This document shows, in pieces, positions 40,339 to 49,024 of a stretch of DNA of 64,000 bases (position 1 is its first letter; every line of letters starts with the position of its first letter). A model generated the notes under the pieces. It saw only the letters and a program-made list of their open reading frames with translations. It did no database searches and was not told the DNA's origin. Source of the stretch: Phycisphaerae bacterium (GTDB taxonomy: Bacteria > Planctomycetota > Phycisphaerae > UBA1845 > Fen-1342). The stretch covers positions 96,001 through 160,000 of the forward strand of contig CAXXWX010000027.1 of the NCBI GenBank assembly GCA_963675745.2, given 5' to 3'. Position numbers and translations under genes: made by a program.

Positions 40339-40995
40339 TCACACGCCTCTTGTCTTGTCCGGCCATATCAACTTGTGCAACTGCAACCCGATGCGCGCAT
40401 CAAGCCGATCAGCCAATACCCAGCTCGCGAGTTCGGCCGGGTCGAGCACGCCATGAACCGGCGCGCAGATTACGGCCGCGCAGCGGGCTGTCAGATCGTA
40501 TCGCGCGATCACGGCGCGCGACCAGTCGTAATCGGCGCGATCGGCCATGACGAGCTTCACCTCATCGCGTCCGGTCAGCAGTTCGATGTTCCGCCACTCG
40601 TTTCGGCCGGCTTCGCCGCTGCCGGGACACTTGATGTCCATGATGCGCACCACGCGCTGGTCGACCCGGTCCATGAGCACGGCGCCCGAAGTCTCCAGCA
40701 GCACCTCGTTGAACTCGTCCGCAAACTGCCGCATCAGCGGGTAGACGGCGGGTTGCAACAGCGGCTCGCCGCCGGTGATTTCAACCAGTTGGCAATCGAA
40801 AGCCCGCACGCGCTCGCCTATCTCGGCGGGCGTCATCCACTCCCCTTCGGTGAATGCGTATTCGGTATCACACCAGGTGCAGCGCAGGTGACAGCCGGTC
40901 AAGCGTACGAAAACGCACCGTGCCCCGACGCGCGTGCCCTCGCCCTGAACCGAGTGGAATATCTCGTTGACTCGCAATCGCCGCTCGTCTGCCAT
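40339..40995 (-). CDS. queE: 7-carboxy-7-deazaguanine synthase
   Basis: EIFHSVQGEG, GCHLRCTWCDT, TGGEP and QLHK motifs. Confidence 0.93.
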   Translation of the reverse strand: MADERRLRVNEIFHSVQGEGTRVGARCVFVRLTGCHLRCTWCDTEYAFTEGEWMTPAEIGERVRAFDCQLVEITGGEPLLQPAVYPLMRQFADEFNEVLLETSGAVLMDRVDQRVVRIMDIKCPGSGEAGRNEWRNIELLTGRDEVKLVMADRADYDWSRAVIARYDLTARCAAVICAPVHGVLDPAELASWVLADRLDARIGLQLHKLIWPDKTRGV

Positions 40996-41131
40996 CGTGT
41001 GGAATTATAGTTTGGCGCAGGGGGGATGAAAGGTGGCAGGAGGCAGGAGGAGGCATCAAGGCAACTAGGCAGCGAGGCAGCGAGGCAATTGGGTTACGTG
41101 GGATGCTCGCGGCGGTCTGGGCTGCTTGCGG

Positions 41132-43054
41132 CTAGTGGGCTGGCGGGCGCTCGAATGCCCTGGCCCCTCGCGTATGCGTCTTCTTCGCCGCGGCGTTTAG
41201 CGGCAATCCGTGCTCGCGGCAGTACGAAACCAGCGCATCGATAAACGCCTGGCCCAGGTCAGCCTGTTTACGGTGCCCCACGCCAAACACTCCCAGCAAA
41301 GCCTCCGGTGAACTCGGTCGCAAGCGCGCCATCTCACGCAACGTGCGATCGCCGAAGATTACGAAAGGCGGGACGCCGCGTTGCTCGGCGATCGCGCGCC
41401 GCACGCCGCGCAGGTGCTCGAACAGACCGCGATCGATCCCCTCCCAGGATTGCGCGAGTTGAGCACCGGTCGTGACGGCCTTTTGCCTGGGAACAACCAG
41501 GCGCACTTCCCGCTCGCCGCGCAGCACCTCCCACGAGCGATCGTTGAGCTTCAGCAGCGGGCGATCGCAGTCTGTCTGCGACAGCAGCCCCTTGCCGATC
41601 AACTGATCGACCAGGCTCATGACGATATTGCGGTCCCAGCCCCTCAGCAGACCGTGCGTGGTCAGCGCGTCGTGGCCAAAGCTGCGGATCGTGCGTCTCC
41701 TTGAGCCGAGCAGCACATCAACCACGTGGCCGCGGCCGAAGTGCTCGTCGACGCGCGCTACGCACGACAGGATCTTCTGCGCCGTAACGGTCGCGTCTTC
41801 CTCATCTTCGCGCTCGCCCAGGCACACATCGCACGCCCCGCAGTTGTCCGGCTCATACGCCTGGCCGAAGTACTCCGAAATCTGCCGGTGCCGACAGCGC
41901 CCGTCAGTGCTCAACGTCCGCATATGGCCGAGCAACTTCTGCCCCGCCTCGAATACCTCCTCGGGAGCCTCGGCTTCTTCGGCGCTCATCCGCAGCAGCC
42001 GCTCCCAGCGCGCCACATCGCGCGGCGAAAAGAGCAATACGCACTCGGCCGGTAACCCGTCACGCCCGGCGCGGCCCGTCTCCTGCTGATAGTGCTCAAC
42101 AGACTTGGGCATGGCGGTGTGAATCACACAGCGCACGTCGCTGCGATCGACCCCCATGCCAAACGCAACCGTGGCCACGATCACGTCGATCTGCTCGTTG
42201 GCGAACGCGTCTTGCGTGGCACGCCGTTCGGCGGCCTCCATGCCGGCGTGATAATACGCCGCCCGCACACGCGTGGCGCGCAGCCAGTTCGCCAGGCTCT
42301 CGGTTTCGCGGCGGCTGATGCAGTAGATGATGACCGCTTCGTTGCGATGGCGTTTGACGATGTCGCCAACCTGCGCATAGAGGTCCACTTCAGGTAGGAC
42401 GCGATAGGTCAGGTTCGGGCGATCGAACCTGCCCACCAGAATCGTGGGCTCGTCAAGCCCGAGTTGGGTGACGATGTCTTCACGCACGCGCTCGGTCGCC
42501 GTCGCGGTGAACGCGTGCACACTGCAACCCGGGAAACGGTTCTTGAGCAGCGAGAGCTGGCGATACTCGCGTCGAAAGTCGTGGCCCCAGTGGCTGATGC
42601 AGTGGGCTTCGTCTATGGCGAAGGCGCGTACATCGGCACCACTGAGTAGCTGCATGAAACGTGCGGTCACGAGGCGTTCCGGTGCGGCGAAGACCAGACG
42701 CAATTGACGATCGCGCAGCGCCTGCTCAGCCGCGTTAATCTCGTCGGCCGTCATGTTGCTGTGCAGCGCGATCGCCGGATAGCCGCAGGCAACCAGCGCG
42801 TCAACCTGGTCTTTCATGAGCGCGATCAGCGGCGAGACGACGACGTCGGTGCGCTCGGCGATCAGCGGCGGCACCTGGTAGCACAGTGATTTCCCGCCGC
42901 CCGTCGGCATCACGACCAGCGAGTCACAACTATTCAGACCCGCCGCAATCGCCCGCTCTTGCAGTGGGCGCAAGCTGTCAAACCCCCAATAACGGCGTAC
43001 CGCGCGGAGGATGTCGGCTTGTTCCGGCGTCTTCAAAGCGTCGGCGAGAGACAT
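41132..43054 (-). CDS. recQ: ATP-dependent DNA helicase RecQ
   Basis: MPTGGGKSLCYQ, DEAH, QETGRAGRDG, Zn-binding, RQC and HRDC regions. Confidence 0.95.
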   Translation of the reverse strand: MSLADALKTPEQADILRAVRRYWGFDSLRPLQERAIAAGLNSCDSLVVMPTGGGKSLCYQVPPLIAERTDVVVSPLIALMKDQVDALVACGYPAIALHSNMTADEINAAEQALRDRQLRLVFAAPERLVTARFMQLLSGADVRAFAIDEAHCISHWGHDFRREYRQLSLLKNRFPGCSVHAFTATATERVREDIVTQLGLDEPTILVGRFDRPNLTYRVLPEVDLYAQVGDIVKRHRNEAVIIYCISRRETESLANWLRATRVRAAYYHAGMEAAERRATQDAFANEQIDVIVATVAFGMGVDRSDVRCVIHTAMPKSVEHYQQETGRAGRDGLPAECVLLFSPRDVARWERLLRMSAEEAEAPEEVFEAGQKLLGHMRTLSTDGRCRHRQISEYFGQAYEPDNCGACDVCLGEREDEEDATVTAQKILSCVARVDEHFGRGHVVDVLLGSRRRTIRSFGHDALTTHGLLRGWDRNIVMSLVDQLIGKGLLSQTDCDRPLLKLNDRSWEVLRGEREVRLVVPRQKAVTTGAQLAQSWEGIDRGLFEHLRGVRRAIAEQRGVPPFVIFGDRTLREMARLRPSSPEALLGVFGVGHRKQADLGQAFIDALVSYCREHGLPLNAAAKKTHTRGARAFERPPAH

Positions 43055-43139
43055 GCGTTACATGCTAATAAAAACCGGACATGCGGGAAAGGCCCCAGAC
43101 CCCAGGGCCTGGTACTATCGCTTGGTTTGTTGTGTTCGC

Positions 43140-43534
43140 GGATGTTGGCAGTTGGCAGTTTCTCGTCGCGGCTGCGCCGCAACATCGTGTTGGCAGTACG
43201 CGCTGCGCGAGCAAATAACAACTGCACACACGAGGCCGCGCAGCGGACGAGCAACTGCCAACTGTTAACACCTGCGAACGAAGTACGGCTGCATCTGCGC
43301 CACCGGTGCTTGCACAATGCTCGGGATCGCTGGTGCGAGAATCCTTTCTCGCACCCACTCTGGCGGGAATCCTTTCCCGCTATGCGGTCGCTGGTGCGAG
43401 ATGGGAATCTCGCACCAGCAACCCCACAACTGCACACACGAGGCCGCGCAGCGGACGAGAAACTGTCAACTGTTGACACCTGCGAACGAAGTACGGCTGC
43501 GTCTGCGCCGCCGTTGCTCGCGTGATGGCCGGGA
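43140..43534. repeat. Composite repeat: two 109-bp direct repeats around three hairpins, plus a partial inverted copy
   Basis: 43218-43326 vs 43426-43534; inverted ~43140-43197; hairpins at ~43332, ~43362 and ~43390. Confidence 0.8.
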
Positions 43535-43595
43535 CTCCACGCGCGCGGGCGGGTATGATGCGGCGTGTCGGGGTCCTGCTATCGTGGGAGATGTT

Positions 43596-44609
43596 ATGCG
43601 TCGCTACGAATTCGATGCGTTCGGCGTCGAGCATGTGAAGCTGATCGACGTGCCAACGCCGCAGCCCGGCGTTGGGGAGGTCGTCGTCGATGTAAAGGCC
43701 ATGAGCCTGAACTACCGCGACCTGCTCGTCATCAAAGGGCAGTACAACCCGAAGCTCAAGCTCCCCGCCGTGCCGCTCAGCGACGGTGCCGGCGTTGTGA
43801 GCGCCATCGGCGATGGCGTCACGCGCGTCAAGCCGGGTGATCGGGTGATCTCGCACTTTGTCGCCGGCTGGATCGACGGGCCATACGAGCTCGACTATCT
43901 GGCGACGACGCTCGGCACGCCCGCAGCGGGGCTCGCCGCCGAGCAGGTCGTGTTGCCGGCCGAAGCGGTGGTGCCTATTCCCGCGGGTTACAGTTTCGCC
44001 CAGGCGGCCACGCTACCGATCGCCGCCCTGACGGCGTGGAGCTGCCTGCGAACCGTATACCACCTCGAGGCCGGGCAGACGATGCTGACGCTCGGCACCG
44101 GCGGCGTGGCGATCTTCGCGCTTCAGCTCGCCAAGGCGCTGGGTGCCCAGGCGATCATCACCTCCAGCAGCGACGAGAAGCTCGCCCGCTGTAGCGAGCT
44201 CGGCGCCGATCACACCGTCAACTACACGACCACGCCGAAATGGGAAAACGCCGTGCTTGAGTTCACCGGCGGGCGCGGCGTGGACGTGACGGTCGAGACG
44301 GCCGGGCCGGCGACGCTGGACCAATCGATCAAGGCTACCAAAGCCGGCGGCACCATCGCGCTGCCCGGCGCGCTCACCGGTCGGGCGGGCAACATCACCA
44401 CCGGCCTGATTCTGATGCGCCGCGCACACATCGCCGGCATCATGGTCGACAGCCGCGCCGCATTCGAAGCGATGAACGCCTTTCTAGCCGAGCACAAAAT
44501 CGAGCCGGTCATCAGCGGGACGTTCACGTTTGAGGAGTTACCCAACGCCCTGCGCCTGATGGAAGCGGGCGGGCATTTGGGGAAAATCGTGGTTGGTGCG
44601 ACTCCGTAA
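43596..44609 (+). CDS. NAD(P)-dependent MDR-family (zinc-type alcohol dehydrogenase-like) oxidoreductase
   Basis: SLNYRD, PLSDGAG, LGTGGVA and HLGKIV motifs. Confidence 0.9.
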   Translation: MRRYEFDAFGVEHVKLIDVPTPQPGVGEVVVDVKAMSLNYRDLLVIKGQYNPKLKLPAVPLSDGAGVVSAIGDGVTRVKPGDRVISHFVAGWIDGPYELDYLATTLGTPAAGLAAEQVVLPAEAVVPIPAGYSFAQAATLPIAALTAWSCLRTVYHLEAGQTMLTLGTGGVAIFALQLAKALGAQAIITSSSDEKLARCSELGADHTVNYTTTPKWENAVLEFTGGRGVDVTVETAGPATLDQSIKATKAGGTIALPGALTGRAGNITTGLILMRRAHIAGIMVDSRAAFEAMNAFLAEHKIEPVISGTFTFEELPNALRLMEAGGHLGKIVVGATP

Positions 44610-44859
44610 TCCTTGGCGACAAAAGTACTTATGGAGCCATGCCCCTAGTGGCACGGGGCCCGTGCGCCGGTGTGCGCCCAAGAGGGAACCGGTGTCGCAA
44701 CGAAAACACCCATTGAGACGCAATAGCTTTGCGCAAGAATGTTGCGTAAAATGCAACGTGGGACTCGTATGTGTGCGATACTACAGGTACGCGATATTGT
44801 ACCAGATGTACAGCACTAGTTGCAGTGTCTGTGCTTAGCACGGATGCAGCCAGTCCAAT

Positions 44860-44920
44860 AGTCCGGTGCCGCTGGTCGGCTTGATAGGGTGCCGCAAGGT
44901 CCCGCCGGACTTCATTTTTT
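44860..44920 (+). ncRNA. Structured element 3' of and convergent with the DUF3800-like gene (ncRNA 3' part or terminator)
   Basis: AGTCCGG...CCGGACT closing stem, internal GCC-GCAA-GGT hairpin, T6 tail. Confidence 0.45.
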
Positions 44921-44924
44921 GCGC

Positions 44925-45770
44925 CTACGGACCGGATGAACTGACCTGGTCGAGCAGTTCCCGCAACGCTGTATCGTCCGGAAAGAGCTTCAATCCATCG
45001 ATCTTCCGGCCGCTGGTGTTCTGGCTGCGATAGAAGAACGGCAGAATTCGCTGGAAATACGGGTAAGACGGCTGCTCGAGTTTGAACGCGCGGTAGACGT
45101 TGTACGCGCACAGGTCGGCAAGCTGAACGCCGTTCGAAAGCTCGCTCCGGACAAAGAACGGCATCTCAACGATGTTGCGTAGGCGGCAGCCGGATGACGT
45201 TCCACCGGCGAGAAAATACGCGTGCTTCATCGCGAGTGAACGGCTGGCTTCTCGACTAACCTGATCCGCGACGACCAAACCGTTGTGCTTGGAATGAAAC
45301 TCCGCCAGGAACAGCTGCATGCGTTCGAGAAGCAGCTCATACGCCTTCCGCTGGAGCTGCGCCGTGTCCATCCACGACCGGAGTTGACGCTTGTCGATGA
45401 CGACCGCAAACAGGTGTGCGTGGCAGGACTCAAATGCCGCGTAGAACCGCTCGGTCAGATCCGTGAGCTGTGCAAGCGGCACATGTTGCCACAACTTGTG
45501 ATGCTCCCTCGCCTTCGGAATGCGGACCACGCTGCTGTGAATCTCTGCATCAGCAAGCTCGAACCGTCGACCTGTTGAACGATGTACGTCGTCGAGGACT
45601 TGCCGTTTTACAGCATTTAGCATTGCCTCGAAGCGGCGCCACCTATGCTCGAACAGCGAGACGGCGACGAGTACATAGACGTGGTCTTGTGCCACGACCG
45701 TTGCATCTGCACGCCGTTGGGCCCCCGCTGGGTTGGGGTTCCCGGATTCGTCAATGTAGAAGAAGTACAC
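44925..45770 (-). CDS. DUF3800-like protein (RNase H-like fold)
   Basis: N-terminal FYIDESG and C-terminal S..SNGVQLADLCAY signature; GTG start. Confidence 0.8.
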   Translation of the reverse strand: MYFFYIDESGNPNPAGAQRRADATVVAQDHVYVLVAVSLFEHRWRRFEAMLNAVKRQVLDDVHRSTGRRFELADAEIHSSVVRIPKAREHHKLWQHVPLAQLTDLTERFYAAFESCHAHLFAVVIDKRQLRSWMDTAQLQRKAYELLLERMQLFLAEFHSKHNGLVVADQVSREASRSLAMKHAYFLAGGTSSGCRLRNIVEMPFFVRSELSNGVQLADLCAYNVYRAFKLEQPSYPYFQRILPFFYRSQNTSGRKIDGLKLFPDDTALRELLDQVSSSGP

Positions 45771-45966
45771 GGTTACCCCTCAACACTCGACAGCCGCCGG
45801 CGTATCGCGCGACATGCTTGGCAAGAAACGCGGTAGCATTGTACCAGACAAGACGTTGGGACGCGTGTCGACTATCGTATCAGGCATGACCGGCCGGAGG
45901 CCGGTCCAACAAGTACTTGGGAGCCGGTCCCACAGTTGCTCCGGAAGGCAACGGCGAGACAGTGAC

Positions 45967-47004
45967 GTGAGTACGACGATCCTTGGCATCGAAACTTCCT
46001 GCGACGAGACTTCGGCCGCCGTCGTTGTTGATGGGCGCGATGTGCGCTCGAACGTTGTCAGCTCGCAGATCGATCTGCACGCCCGGTACGGAGGTATCGT
46101 GCCCGAGATTGCCTCGCGGGCGCACATTGAGAGCGTACGCTCGATTATCGAACAGGCGCTGGCCCAGGCCGGCGTCGGCTACAGTGACCTCGACGCGATC
46201 GCGATCGCCGACGGACCGGGCCTGGTCGGCTCGCTGCTGATCGGCGTGACCGCGGCGAAGACACTCGCGCTGGCGTTTGATCTGCCGCTGGTGCCGGTTG
46301 ATCACATCGAAGCGCACGCCACCAGCGCCGCCCTCGTCGCCGATCCTGCGCCGTGGCCGGCGATCGCACTGGTTGTCAGTGGCGGCCACTCGTCCGTGTA
46401 TCACGTCCGCGACTTCGACAATATCGCCTTGCTCGGCCAGACCATGGACGACGCCGCCGGCGAGGCTTTCGACAAGGTCGCCGCGTTACTCGAACTGGGT
46501 TACCCGGGCGGCCCGCTCATTGACCGTCTGGCTGGCAGTGGCAACCCCACAGCGATCCGCTTCCCGCGCACCTGGCTCAAGAAGCCGCACTACAACTTCT
46601 CCTTCAGCGGCCTGAAGACGGCCGTCCTTTACCACGTTTACGGGCACGGCAGGAAATACGGATCGGTGGACCACCTGTCGAGTGAACAAATCGCCGACAT
46701 CGCCGCGAGCTTCCAGGCCGCGCTGATTGAGCCACTGATCAAAAAAACCGTGGCCGCGGCCACTGATACGGGCGTGGGCACCGTCGTGCTTGGCGGGGGC
46801 GTGGCCGCGAATTCGGCGCTGCGTGCTGGAATGCAAGCAGCCTGTGAGCGCGCCAATCTGCGCCTGCACCTGACGCCGATGAAATACTGCACCGACAATG
46901 CGGCGATGATCGCGGCCCTTGGATACCATCGATTTGCGTCGGGTCTGCGCGCTGGACTGGATCTGGAGCCGCGCGCCGGGCTGGTGCGCACGGGGCGCGC
47001 GTGA
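45967..47004 (+). CDS. tsaD: tRNA N6-threonylcarbamoyltransferase TsaD
   Basis: ILGIETSCDETSA, HIEAH, VSGGH, DDAAGEAFDK and CTDNAAMI motifs. Confidence 0.96.
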   Translation: MSTTILGIETSCDETSAAVVVDGRDVRSNVVSSQIDLHARYGGIVPEIASRAHIESVRSIIEQALAQAGVGYSDLDAIAIADGPGLVGSLLIGVTAAKTLALAFDLPLVPVDHIEAHATSAALVADPAPWPAIALVVSGGHSSVYHVRDFDNIALLGQTMDDAAGEAFDKVAALLELGYPGGPLIDRLAGSGNPTAIRFPRTWLKKPHYNFSFSGLKTAVLYHVYGHGRKYGSVDHLSSEQIADIAASFQAALIEPLIKKTVAAATDTGVGTVVLGGGVAANSALRAGMQAACERANLRLHLTPMKYCTDNAAMIAALGYHRFASGLRAGLDLEPRAGLVRTGRA

Positions 47005-47064
47005 GCGGCGTGTCTTCGAGCGCTTGTTCCACCGGCCCGCGCGGTTTAGACTACACATCGCGGC

Positions 47065-47427
47065 ATGACAGTCGCCGAGTCCCGCCCCAGAGGATTGTCG
47101 ATGATTTTTGGTGAAGATGGATCCGACCTGCCTGACCCCGCTAGTCCGCAGCAACAGAAAGTCCGCCTTGACCCGTCGAGGATGGAGTCGCTGTATGCGA
47201 ACTTCGTTGCGATCGCCGGCTCAGCCGATGAGATCGTTCTCTATCTTGGGGCCAACTCTCCGCTGCCCGGGCAGAAGGAACCGTTGGTGCAGCTTTCGCA
47301 CCGCGTGATCTTCCTGCCGGCGAACGCCAAGCGTCTCATGCTGGCCTTACAGCAGACGGTGACTGCGCACGAAGACCGCTTCGGCCCGATCGAGATCCCG
47401 CCGCCGCCCCGTCCGCGTAAGAACTAG
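47065..47427 (+). CDS. DUF3467-like small protein
   Basis: YAN, RVI..P.NAKRL..AL and E.RFG.I pattern; start may be ATG 47101. Confidence 0.75.
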   Translation: MTVAESRPRGLSMIFGEDGSDLPDPASPQQQKVRLDPSRMESLYANFVAIAGSADEIVLYLGANSPLPGQKEPLVQLSHRVIFLPANAKRLMLALQQTVTAHEDRFGPIEIPPPPRPRKN

Positions 47428-47971
47428 CTCATCCGCAGGTGGACCACATATGTGTTTTTCACGCGGCCGCCACGTGGCTGCGCGGGCGTGTGGTTCCGAT
47501 TATGGTTGCGTCGTAACCGTGTACCATCCGGTAACTTAGCAGACATACCGGGTACTCGTAATCGGTTCCGAAAACGGTGTATAGAGGGCCGTATGTTAGC
47601 GTGCAATTCGGTTAGGGCCGGAGTTTTATGCCGAACGCGATTGACCTGTAAGCGGTTTATATACAAATAGTTATATGATATAGGACAGGAATGCTCCTAA
47701 TTTTATCGTGGATTTTCTGAGTAAGAGTTGCCCCGCCGGTCGGCGTACGTTATACTTCTCGATGAACAGGCTCCCCAATGTTGTGCCGTGTTCCAGCGAT
47801 GTTATTGATGGCTCCCCCCTAAGCTGGACAAACGGCTCCTAGTACTTGGTTAGCGCAGTGTTGCATTTGCGCCCTTGGTGTTGAATGCGCGGTCGCGACG
47901 GATTGCGATCGGGTGGCGATGAGGGACTTTGCGCGCACGGCGCCGGGAAAGGGCATTCAGAGGAGTTGTAA

Positions 47972-48970
47972 ATGCTGTCATCGAAGGAGCCAAAGGGAAG
48001 CCCGTCGCTTCGCAAATACGAGCCGAAAGCCAGATTGCCGGTGGCCGACGCGCTCGCCACGTTTTCCTCCGCCGACAGAAGCCTGCTCGAGCGCAGAGTC
48101 GCCGAAAAGAGCGAGTGCATCTACTGCTCGATCTTCGAACGCGAAGGCGCGGAGCAGATACTGCTCGCACCACCGCCGGAAACCAGCGACCACGGCGCAA
48201 CGCCGGCCAACAGTGACGACAGCGGCGCCAATTTCCTGCTCGGCGACGACCAGCAGGCACTCCTGATCGACCAGGAACGCCACGTGTTTCTGCGTTTCAA
48301 TTACGCGCGTCATCGAGTCATGCAGATTCTGGAGTCGTGCCAGGCGCGCCGTCTGACCGCGGACGCCGCCCGGGAGTTGCTGAAGTGGGAGTCCCTGGTG
48401 GTGGACACGCGCAATGAGCTGGTGCGCATGAACGTCCCGCTGGTGCTGGCGATGGTCAAGCGCACCAAGATCACCGGCGTGGACTATGCCGACCTGATCA
48501 GCGAGGGCAGCTTGGCGCTGATGCGCAGCGTCGACAAGTTTGACTGCGCGCGGGGCTTCAAGTTCAGCACGTATGCCTGCCGCGCCATCCTCAAGGCGTT
48601 CGCCCGTGTGGCCACGCGCACGGCGCGCTATCGCGGCCACTTCCCCACCGAATTTGACCCGGCACTGGAGCGCGGCGACGCCGTCGATCGCAAGCGCGCG
48701 GATGTGACGGACGACTGTGTCGATGAATTGAAGCACATCCTGGGATCAAACCAGGCGCATCTCAATCCTGTCGAGCAGACCGTGATCAAGGCTCGATTCG
48801 CCATCGCCGGTGGCGACGATCCCGCCCCCGAGGATGCCCAGACGCTCGAGCAGGTCGGCCACATGATCGGCGTGACCAAGGAGCGCGTCAGGCAGATCCA
48901 GAACAAGGCCCTGCTGAAGCTGCGTTCGGTCCTGGAGGAAGGCGTCCTGGCCGTCAAAGCCGCCAATTGA
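47972..48970 (+). CDS. Sigma-70 family RNA polymerase sigma factor (group 2/3-like)
   Basis: DLISEG..LMRSVDKFD..RGFKFSTYA region 2; TLEQVG...GVTKERVRQIQ region 4. Confidence 0.92.
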   Translation: MLSSKEPKGSPSLRKYEPKARLPVADALATFSSADRSLLERRVAEKSECIYCSIFEREGAEQILLAPPPETSDHGATPANSDDSGANFLLGDDQQALLIDQERHVFLRFNYARHRVMQILESCQARRLTADAARELLKWESLVVDTRNELVRMNVPLVLAMVKRTKITGVDYADLISEGSLALMRSVDKFDCARGFKFSTYACRAILKAFARVATRTARYRGHFPTEFDPALERGDAVDRKRADVTDDCVDELKHILGSNQAHLNPVEQTVIKARFAIAGGDDPAPEDAQTLEQVGHMIGVTKERVRQIQNKALLKLRSVLEEGVLAVKAAN

Positions 48971-49024
48971 GGCGGTACGCACCAGACAGTTTTCATGTAT
49001 AGCGCTGTGGACTGACGCAGGTTG

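Noticed and set aside
39976..40995. queD/queE as part of a 7-deazaguanine DNA-modification (dpd) or Qat defence island
   Set aside because: No dpdA/tgt-like, queC or qat genes adjacent; consistent with ordinary queuosine biosynthesis
43140..43534. CRISPR array or integron attC array
   Set aside because: Only two long (109-bp) repeats, no regular repeat-spacer periodicity, no cas or integrase gene, and no clear attC box structure
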